Positions 16,510-23,874 of a DNA stretch of 32,000 nt are shown one piece after another; within the stretch, counting starts at the first letter, position 1; each line of letters opens with the position of its first letter. The translations under genes and the position numbers were made by a program. The stretch is from Acaryochloris marina MBIC11017 (GTDB lineage: Bacteria > Cyanobacteriota > Cyanobacteriia > Thermosynechococcales > Thermosynechococcaceae). The notes under the pieces were generated by a model that saw only the letters and a program-made list of their open reading frames with translations, was not told the origin of the DNA and made no database searches. The DNA lies in assembly GCF_000018105.1 (NCBI RefSeq), contig NC_009925.1, positions 2,010,001 through 2,042,000 of the forward strand, in the 5' to 3' direction.

Positions 16510-18585
16510 ATGCCACAGATGCGGAGATTTTCTCCAGGATTGTTAGGGTTTGTGATTATTGTGATGGGGCTTTGCAATATAGGGCATCAAAACCCTCAGA
16601 CTGTATTGGCAAATCCTGCCCGTGAAAACGCAACAGGACTGCCACCAACAGAGAAAAATCCCCAAGTTACGCCTGGATATGTAGAGGCCCAGCACCGCAT
16701 TCAACAGGCATTAGCAACACAAGCATCACAGTTAGATTTACAAGGGCTCTCTCTAACCCAACTCCCCCTTGAAATTGGACAACTCAAACATCTGGAAGTT
16801 CTGAATCTTCGGGACAACCAATTGAGTCGTCTGCCCCCTGAAATTGGACAGCTCATCCATCTAACCACCCTAGACCTCTGTTCCAATCGACTCAATCGCC
16901 TGCCAGCAGAAGTCACACAACTCACTACCCTGTCCAAGCTAGCCCTCTGCTTCAATCAGCTGAGTCATTTACCCATGGAAATGGCTCAGCTCAAGCATCT
17001 ACAATCTCTGGACCTCACGGCAAATCAGCTGACTAACCTGCCATCAAGTGTTACACAACTGAAAGAGTTGCAAACGCTAGATCTCAGCAATAACTGGCTG
17101 AAAAGCCTGCCGCCTGAAATCGCACAACTCAATAAGCTGAGACGGCTAGACTTGTTTAGAAATCAACTGAGTGGTCTGCCGCCAGAGATCATAAAGCTCA
17201 ATAATCTACAAACCTTAGGATTAGGCCATAACACACTGAGCAGTCTACCTGCGACTATTGCTAAGCTTACAAACCTCAAAAAACTAGACCTCCGTGCAAC
17301 TTCACTGAAGCGCCTACCACCAGAAATTCTTCAGCTCACTAAGCTGCAAGAGCTGGACCTCAGTGACAATAAACTCAGTAGCCTACCACCCGAAATCGCA
17401 CAACTCGTCAATCTGCAATCTTTACGACTCAAATTTACTCAGCTCAGTCACCCGCCAGCAGAATTGTCTCAACTCACCCATCTGCAAGAGTTGGATTTAA
17501 GTGGCAATTCCCTCAGCAGTCTGCCTAGAGAAATGGCAAAGCTCAAGAAGCTGCAAAAGCTAGATCTGAGTTACAACTCATTGAGAAACCTGCCAACAGT
17601 CATCACCCAACTGACCACTCTGCGATCGCTAGACCTGAGAAGCACTCAGCTTAACAGCCTGCCACCCGAAATCGCACAGCTCATCAACCTGCAATCCCTT
17701 GATCTCTATGACAATCCACTAACGCACTTACCCCAAGAAATTGGAACGCTCACCCATCTCAAAAAGCTCAATCTGAGTAAAACACAACTGACGAACCTCC
17801 CCCCTGCAATCATGAAACTCAAAAGGTTGCAGTCCCTAGATTTCAGTGGAAATCAACTCAGTAGCCTACCGATAGAAATCACGCAGATTATTAGTCTTAA
17901 AGAGCTAAACCTTAGTTTTAATCAACTCAGTAAACTGCCCGCAGATATTGGACAACTCAACAATCTCCAAGAGCTAGACCTGAGAGAGAATAAACTAGAT
18001 AGCCTACCGAAAGAAATTGGACAACTCAACAATCTGAAATCGCTAGTTCTCAGATTCAATCAACTCAACACCCTTCCCCCTGATATCGGACAGCTTAAAA
18101 ATCTAAAATCCCTGTCTATCCATGGCAATACCCTCAGTAGCCTGCCACCCGAAATCGGAAAGCTCAGCAGTCTGAAATCGCTCATTCTTAGAAGTAATCG
18201 ATTGAGTAGCCTACCACCCGAAATCGGAAAGCTCCATAATCTGAACTCGCTCAATCTGGTTGAGAATCAACTGAGTAGCCTACCAATCGAAATGAGAAAA
18301 CTCCAGAATTTAAGGGAGTTAGATCTTAGAAATAATCGACTGAGAAACCTACCGCTAGAAATGGGGCAGCTCAAGAGTTTGGGATTGGTGGACTTGAGTG
18401 ACAATCAACTGAGCAACCTGCCCAAAGAGATGGGGCAACTCTACAATCTCACAGTGTTATCCCTTGATCGCAATCAACTCAGTAACCTACCCATCGAGAT
18501 AGAACAGCTCTGGCCATCAACCAAGATAACGGTGGAGGGAAATCCACTGCCCTCCCATATCTTGAAGCGATACCGTCAGCCTTAG
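16510..18585 (+). CDS. Leucine-rich-repeat protein with an N-terminal signal/anchor, 26 consecutive 23-residue LRRs and a capping half repeat.
   Basis: The consensus LxLxxNxLxxLPxEIxQLxxLxx repeats without any indel. I chose the ATG at 16510 because GGAGGA (16493-16498) precedes it and it gives MPQMRRFSPGLLGFVIIVMGLC. The ORF track starts at a TTG at 16465. Confidence 0.85.
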   Translation: MPQMRRFSPGLLGFVIIVMGLCNIGHQNPQTVLANPARENATGLPPTEKNPQVTPGYVEAQHRIQQALATQASQLDLQGLSLTQLPLEIGQLKHLEVLNLRDNQLSRLPPEIGQLIHLTTLDLCSNRLNRLPAEVTQLTTLSKLALCFNQLSHLPMEMAQLKHLQSLDLTANQLTNLPSSVTQLKELQTLDLSNNWLKSLPPEIAQLNKLRRLDLFRNQLSGLPPEIIKLNNLQTLGLGHNTLSSLPATIAKLTNLKKLDLRATSLKRLPPEILQLTKLQELDLSDNKLSSLPPEIAQLVNLQSLRLKFTQLSHPPAELSQLTHLQELDLSGNSLSSLPREMAKLKKLQKLDLSYNSLRNLPTVITQLTTLRSLDLRSTQLNSLPPEIAQLINLQSLDLYDNPLTHLPQEIGTLTHLKKLNLSKTQLTNLPPAIMKLKRLQSLDFSGNQLSSLPIEITQIISLKELNLSFNQLSKLPADIGQLNNLQELDLRENKLDSLPKEIGQLNNLKSLVLRFNQLNTLPPDIGQLKNLKSLSIHGNTLSSLPPEIGKLSSLKSLILRSNRLSSLPPEIGKLHNLNSLNLVENQLSSLPIEMRKLQNLRELDLRNNRLRNLPLEMGQLKSLGLVDLSDNQLSNLPKEMGQLYNLTVLSLDRNQLSNLPIEIEQLWPSTKITVEGNPLPSHILKRYRQP
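16729..18552 (+). repeat. In-frame tandem array with a 69-nt period (26.4 units), encoding the LRRs.
   Basis: Near-identical 27-mers recur in phase. One pair is agcctaccacccgaaatcgcacaactc (~17381) and agcctgccacccgaaatcgcacagctc (~17656). A second pair is agcctgccacccgaaatcggaaagctc (~18139) and agcctaccacccgaaatcggaaagctc (~18208). Confidence 0.9.
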
Positions 18586-18642
18586 GGTGAAGTTACGTCA
18601 AACAGTCAGCGATTGCATATTACGAGCAGGTAGAAATCATAA

Positions 18643-19752
18643 TTATGGCTGCGATCGCTCCCACAATCGCCCTACCTCTTTCAAGACTGGCACAGTCGGC
18701 GAGTCCATAACCTGAGCCTTAGGCTTCAATGCTATTCCCGTATCCTGTTTCCACAAGGCTGTTGCGTTCTCTTCCAGTTTCACATCAGGATGAACTGGGC
18801 GAAAACCATATTCAATCAATATTTTTTGCTGAGCGGGCTGTGACAGATAGTCAATAAAGTCTTGGGCTTTTTGGGCCGTTGGCTCATCCACTTGGCGGCG
18901 AACAATTGCTGCTGTGGGTTTGTTTTCCACCGTCGGGTTGATTTCATAAATTTGATAGGGTTGGCCTTGAGTCACCTTGGACTCCTCCCACCGGTTCAGG
19001 GCCACACTTTCGTAATTAGTGATGATATCGGCATCATTCGCTCCCCGGACTACAAACTCCTGCATCAAAATATCGCTAGAGCGGGCAGGCTGGTAAATCG
19101 AACGCTTCAGAGTAGACACCGCCGATTGGGCGATCGGACTATTCAAGTCAGCTGCCTGCAAGGAAGACGTTTGCAGCTTATGGGACAGCCAGAGACTCAA
19201 GGTCATTTGCCCACTATTAGAGCGAGTGGGGTCCGTCATTACAAAGTCAAAACTGCCCCAGTTAGCAGAGCCACCGAACGAACCCCACTGCTGAGCCTTC
19301 ATTGCCGTTTCGAGTCGATTCCAACTAAATTTTCCGTCTGGGAATAGAGCCTTGCCCCGTGCCGGCCAGGTAATGGCAACGAGGCGAGTTTTCGCCACCG
19401 GGGTCGGGTCACCATAAAAGGCAGGCCCTGAGGATTGAGCCGTCCATCGCTGCTCTAGGCGTTTAAGGGTGTCCTGATTGGCAGGAATTAATACCGTAGG
19501 TTGAAAATCATTGCGGTCATCAATAAAGCGATTCACCATATCCAAGGACCCCTGAACCTTGAGGTCAATGCGGATCTTAGATTGTTGTTGATGGAAAGTC
19601 TCAATCAGCTTTTTTAGGGGTGGCTCTAATTCCGAGCCACTGACTACTACCAGGGTTTGGACCTGATCATCGGGCAAGGGATAAAAGGTCAATCCTAGAG
19701 ATGCAGCGATAATCGCCAGAGAAATATATAGGGACCGCTGAGACTTCACCAT
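18643..19752 (-). CDS. Orphan periplasmic solute-binding-domain protein, paralogous to the N-terminal domain of the vWA lipoprotein.
   Basis: Signal/anchor SLYISLAIIAASLGL. It shares the PTRSNSG motif (19210-19230) and collinear motifs with the 20523-22244 product. The ATG lies 8 nt after the upstream stop, with GGAGA in the spacer. Confidence 0.75.
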   Translation of the reverse strand: MVKSQRSLYISLAIIAASLGLTFYPLPDDQVQTLVVVSGSELEPPLKKLIETFHQQQSKIRIDLKVQGSLDMVNRFIDDRNDFQPTVLIPANQDTLKRLEQRWTAQSSGPAFYGDPTPVAKTRLVAITWPARGKALFPDGKFSWNRLETAMKAQQWGSFGGSANWGSFDFVMTDPTRSNSGQMTLSLWLSHKLQTSSLQAADLNSPIAQSAVSTLKRSIYQPARSSDILMQEFVVRGANDADIITNYESVALNRWEESKVTQGQPYQIYEINPTVENKPTAAIVRRQVDEPTAQKAQDFIDYLSQPAQQKILIEYGFRPVHPDVKLEENATALWKQDTGIALKPKAQVMDSPTVPVLKEVGRLWERSQP

Positions 19753-19760
19753 GTTTCTCC

Positions 19761-20492
19761 CTAGGTCAATACCAACACATCCAGGTTTTCTTGAAAATCT
19801 CGCAGCTCATCACTGAGACTCTTAAGTTCTGCAGATTGACTCGCCTCAGCTAAGTTCGCACTCCGCAACTGATTCTGCATGGCCTGCAATACGCCAGCCG
19901 ACTCAGCAATCAGTTGGGACAGACTCAAAAGCTGGGCCTGACGGGCATCTTGGCCCTGCTGAGCTAGGCTGATATTGCGCTGGAGGCTTTGGTCAAGCTG
20001 TTGGAGTTGTTGTTGAGTGGCTCCAGAGCTTTGGGCTAACTTCTTTTGGACGGTAACCCGCTGCTGCTGCAACTCCTGCACGGACAAAATTGAATCATCA
20101 CCATGGAGACGTTCGGCCATTGCTTCGATTTTTTGGGGCAATTCGGTGGTGCGATCGCACGCATACTGCAACGTCCCCAACAACTCCATTTGCGAAGATT
20201 GGGTCAGCAAGTTTTGAGCTTCTGTCTTCAGAACCTGGGCCTTGTGAGCTAGCTTGTTTGCTTGGGTGCGCAAATTACCCAGTTCCTTTGCCACAGAAGG
20301 ACTTCGAGGTTTGGGCTTTGCCCCTAGCGAGGACTCAGATGCAATCACACCTGCGCCAATCGTAGCCACTCCCGCCGCTAAGGGCAGCATCACAAAATGA
20401 TTAAGCTTGGCAATCCGCACGCCGCCCACTAAAACAATTCCACCGGCTAATACCGCGAGGGGATGATACAAGGGATTAACAAGTTTCACCAC
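19761..20492 (-). CDS. Membrane-anchored coiled-coil protein with two N-terminal hydrophobic helices and a ~170-aa Q/L/A-rich helical region.
   Basis: The hydrophobic segments are HPLAVLAGGIVLVGGVRIA and FVMLPLAAGVATIGAGVIA. A heptad-like sequence follows (QQQLQQLDQSLQRNISLAQQGQDARQAQLLSL...). GTG start with GAGGA 4-5 nt upstream, 30 nt after the vWA gene stop. Confidence 0.65.
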   Translation of the reverse strand: MVKLVNPLYHPLAVLAGGIVLVGGVRIAKLNHFVMLPLAAGVATIGAGVIASESSLGAKPKPRSPSVAKELGNLRTQANKLAHKAQVLKTEAQNLLTQSSQMELLGTLQYACDRTTELPQKIEAMAERLHGDDSILSVQELQQQRVTVQKKLAQSSGATQQQLQQLDQSLQRNISLAQQGQDARQAQLLSLSQLIAESAGVLQAMQNQLRSANLAEASQSAELKSLSDELRDFQENLDVLVLT

Positions 20493-20522
20493 AGCATCCT
20501 CATGACTGGCACATGAACTTCT

Positions 20523-22244
20523 CTAAAACTCCACTTGTAAGTCTGCCATCAACTGGGCGATGGAGGCGGGATCTCCTTGACGATAATATCCGCCATTGGC
20601 TTCCGCAATCTGCTTCAGTACATCCGGAGCGAAATCCCCAGCATTGCCATAGCCAACTGTAAAAATAGCAATCCGCTGTTCCCCTTCAAAACCACTCTTT
20701 TTCAGAGCTGATAACAATTGAGGTAATTGCTGGCCAGACCCTGAATCTTCACCATCGGTCAGCACGATGACTGCATTAATGGCATTGGGTCGTAAATTCT
20801 GGGTGAGCCAAGTCTGCGCCGCCAGAATGGAATCGTACAACTTGGTATTACCATCCGCCTTTAAGGCCACGACAAATTCCAAACCTTTTGACTGACCTTC
20901 TGGCGAACCATCTACGGATACAGGCTTACGAACGACTGAGTCAAAGTCGATGAGTGTAACTTTCTCTTTGGGGCCAAGACCTTTCAAGTAAGTCTGGAGT
21001 GTAGACTGCACAGCGGCTAGCTTGGTCCCCGTCATGGAGCCCGACGAATCCACCACAATCACGACCTGTGAAGGTTTCTTGGCTGCGGTTTGCCAGGACT
21101 GCAGCATCGCTTCCACCACTTCCGGTTTGGGAACCCGAAAAGAATCATACTTGGGCTGGGCTTCGACCCCCCAGGTTTGAGTAAACTTATTCCCCAAGGC
21201 GACTCCAGGCGTTCCGGGTCGTAATCCCAGCGTCGTCCCAATCTGTTGGGTCTCTGGCTGGCGTATATATCGAATAATTTGCTCAGCGGCCTCTTTTTCA
21301 GCCGGACTTACCCAAGGACCAGTCGATAGTACTCCCCGCATATTCGAGGTATAGGTAATCCCAGGGTAAACGGCTTGATAGCGAGGTTGTCCTGCAGGAA
21401 CCTGAGCATTGGCCGCAATCACGGAAGATTCATACACCGACCCCACCGACGCCCAAAAAGGCCCATTAGCCACCATCGCCTTAGCGAGGGAGGTCGTGGA
21501 GGTCCCATAACGTGTAATTTTTTGCTGGATTTCGCCGACTTTACCTTGGTGAGCACCCACATCAGCGACCGTCAGCTGATCCGGTCGTTTGCCTGAGACT
21601 GACGCAAACTGAGCGACTAGGGTTTGTAATCCTGAGTTAGAACGAGTGGGGGCCGTATGCACATATCGCAGGGGCAACGGCTGGCTACCCGCATCTAAGT
21701 CTTTATGGCTTTTGGCCGTGAGCAATGCTTGAAATGGATCTTTAGTCTTACGAAGACTTTGGGCTAAATCCTCCCGCACCATAAACACCATCGGACTATT
21801 GGCCAGCAAAGGCGCATCCGCTACGGTCGGCAAATAATTTTGTCCTGGAAAAAGCTGGCTGAATTGATAGGCTAGCTGGTCAACGTAAATGTCACCATCC
21901 AAGGAAACCAAGGTCGGCCAACTCGGATCTTCCGCCGAAACACTGCCATTTTTCAGAGCATTCGCCTGGGTCAACAACTCGGAAACAATATCTCCACTGC
22001 CTTTGGCCACACACTTCACCGTAAAGGAGCTGCCGTCCTTCAGCTTAGGTCCCGTTTGATTGAAACGCTCCATACTTTGTTGGCAAAAATCTCCCATGGC
22101 ACTCCCCACCAAAAAGGTGACCTCCATGCCTGGACTGCTCGAAGAGCTACCAGTGGGTCCACCGCCACTACAAGCAGCACTCAGGGAGACCAAGACTGCC
22201 GCCTGACAGCGCAGTAGGATTTTACGGGTCGTTTGTTTCGCCAT
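20523..22244 (-). CDS. Probable lipoprotein fusing a solute-binding domain to a C-terminal von Willebrand factor A domain.
   Basis: The signal ends in LSAAC followed by a Gly/Ser linker. The SBP-like domain carries PTRSNSG (21630-21650). The C-terminal 180 aa (about 20526-21065) have a complete MIDAS: VVIVVDSSGSMTG ... DGNT ... LTDGED. Confidence 0.8.
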   Translation of the reverse strand: MAKQTTRKILLRCQAAVLVSLSAACSGGGPTGSSSSSPGMEVTFLVGSAMGDFCQQSMERFNQTGPKLKDGSSFTVKCVAKGSGDIVSELLTQANALKNGSVSAEDPSWPTLVSLDGDIYVDQLAYQFSQLFPGQNYLPTVADAPLLANSPMVFMVREDLAQSLRKTKDPFQALLTAKSHKDLDAGSQPLPLRYVHTAPTRSNSGLQTLVAQFASVSGKRPDQLTVADVGAHQGKVGEIQQKITRYGTSTTSLAKAMVANGPFWASVGSVYESSVIAANAQVPAGQPRYQAVYPGITYTSNMRGVLSTGPWVSPAEKEAAEQIIRYIRQPETQQIGTTLGLRPGTPGVALGNKFTQTWGVEAQPKYDSFRVPKPEVVEAMLQSWQTAAKKPSQVVIVVDSSGSMTGTKLAAVQSTLQTYLKGLGPKEKVTLIDFDSVVRKPVSVDGSPEGQSKGLEFVVALKADGNTKLYDSILAAQTWLTQNLRPNAINAVIVLTDGEDSGSGQQLPQLLSALKKSGFEGEQRIAIFTVGYGNAGDFAPDVLKQIAEANGGYYRQGDPASIAQLMADLQVEF

Positions 22245-22357
22245 TCCGAAATATCCAATGAATCAGCAGAAGAGGGGGGCCGCTCTCGGCTTTAGCATAC
22301 CCGCTCGGTGGTCAACACACGACCTGGGCCTAGGCGAGGGGAACAGTCCCCGGGAGA

Positions 22358-23695
22358 TTATTTCCACAACCGTTTCCACCAAGGCTCGGGTTTAGGATTT
22401 TGAAAGTCCATCTTCTGGCGAATATCCTGAATATTCCACCCTGTGAGCTTAGCCAGGGTTTGGGCTTCCTTCTCAAACCGAGCGGGGAGGGATTGCTTGT
22501 AGCGACGACCGGCAGGACAATCCGCCTTCTGCTTGTAAGGGTGGCGCATCACATAGCGTCCTTGGAACAACTGACGGTTGCTAGTTTCTTGGAATACCAA
22601 ATCTTCAGGAAATTTATCGCGACTATAGCGAACATGCAGACGGGTGATAAATACGCCTGTTGAACGAGGGGGGACTACAAAATCACCTTGAGGTCGCTCA
22701 GGCAGCCAGAACACCCCTGCTTTACGCAACTCTTCTGGGTTCAATGGCGTTGCCGAACAGGGATCGCAATTGCTCATATCCCAAGCATATTCTCGAAAGG
22801 CAACCCGCTTACCCGCTTTAGCATGAGCCGTCTCAAACATAGCGGTATAGAACTCACCAAACTCATCCTTCACAAACTCAGGGATCTCCGCATCCGTGGG
22901 AATATTGGCAGTGCGATAGTTGACCAGCTCCGCTTGTCCCTTAGGAGAGAGCAAATACACAATCAAATCTTGCTCTGTATTGGCATTGATCATGCCTAAC
23001 CGAATCGGTAGCATAAACTTGGGCGAATCAAAGGCCATCTGCAAAGGCCGTAGCTTCTGAAATTCAGATTTCTCAAATTCTTCTAGGTTGACTTTGGCCA
23101 CGAAGAATTTCATATTCTGGCGAATATAGGGCTTCAGTAGTGACCGTGCCCCTCGGGGGATTTTATAGCCATTACGATTCAGCCAGGTCTGGAGCCCATT
23201 GGATTCCTTTGCACTGAGAATGACAATGTCATACTCCCCAACAGTGAACTGGGCTTCGACGGTGACACCTAAATCGGCCTCAGTTCGAGACTCTTGCAGC
23301 GGAGCCGAACTGGGGGCAGCCGATAACTCCCTGTCGAGAGATTTACGAAAAACTTGGCAGGGATTTTCGTCAAAATATTCCACTAATCGGGGGGCAGAAA
23401 AATCATCCAGCCGTTGCAAGATCGTGGGATCGCCGACATGCACTTGGTCTTCCTGCAGGAGGACTGGGACGGGCACCACCATGGCGAAATCTTTCACGTC
23501 TCCTTTGAAGTCGTTGGCCATGGTGAGTACGGTGCGGCTGCCATCTTTTGCGATCGCAACTTGAGACGCCTCGTTATACAAAGCCGTATCGGCTTTAGCG
23601 ACATAAAACCCACAAAAGGCCAAAGCATTGGGTGACAGGCTAGTCCACATCAACACAGCCACCAGACAAGCACTAAGGAAACGTTTCATTTTCAT
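22358..23695 (-). CDS. Secreted protein of unknown function, DUF2330-like.
   Basis: Signal peptide MKMKRFLSACLVAVLMWTSLSPNALA, then FCGFYVAKAD. The 445-aa size and the N-terminal CG(F/G)F motif match my recollection of DUF2330. It is on the same strand, 113 nt upstream of the vWA gene. Confidence 0.6.
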   Translation of the reverse strand: MKMKRFLSACLVAVLMWTSLSPNALAFCGFYVAKADTALYNEASQVAIAKDGSRTVLTMANDFKGDVKDFAMVVPVPVLLQEDQVHVGDPTILQRLDDFSAPRLVEYFDENPCQVFRKSLDRELSAAPSSAPLQESRTEADLGVTVEAQFTVGEYDIVILSAKESNGLQTWLNRNGYKIPRGARSLLKPYIRQNMKFFVAKVNLEEFEKSEFQKLRPLQMAFDSPKFMLPIRLGMINANTEQDLIVYLLSPKGQAELVNYRTANIPTDAEIPEFVKDEFGEFYTAMFETAHAKAGKRVAFREYAWDMSNCDPCSATPLNPEELRKAGVFWLPERPQGDFVVPPRSTGVFITRLHVRYSRDKFPEDLVFQETSNRQLFQGRYVMRHPYKQKADCPAGRRYKQSLPARFEKEAQTLAKLTGWNIQDIRQKMDFQNPKPEPWWKRLWK

Positions 23696-23874
23696 GATCC
23701 CAAGAAACCGTCACTGAATTTCGGTCTATGCTAGCTCAACTTTTTCAGTAGACTATCTATCGTTACAAGAATTGCAACAACCAGAATACGGTTCCAGGTT
23801 AAGCTCCCACCCGTGCTAAGCGGTATGCATCTACACGAGAACTATGGCCACTTGTGGTCACTTAGAACTGATGA

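Noticed and set aside
16729-18552. Regular 69-nt periodicity that could be mistaken for a CRISPR array or satellite repeat.
   Set aside because: The period is exactly 23 codons in one long open frame encoding canonical LRRs. There is no repeat/spacer alternation and no cas genes. The minus-strand ORFs 16701-16955 and 18060-18254 (SCPISGGR repeats) are mirror artefacts of the same periodicity.
15380-18640. Possible horizontally acquired island or mobile element carrying the LRR gene.
   Set aside because: I found no integrase or transposase ORF, flanking tRNA, direct repeats or terminal inverted repeats. Two HIP1 copies (17622 and 18651) lie in or next to it. This is kept only as a low-interest note.
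18862-19347. 161-aa plus-strand ORF.
   Set aside because: It lies antisense within the orphan SBP gene. The product is Arg/Gly/Leu-rich and looks like a shadow frame, and the SBP frame shares motifs with its paralogue.
23199-23635. 121-aa and 73-aa plus-strand ORFs.
   Set aside because: Both lie antisense within the DUF2330-like gene and carry no signal or motif content.
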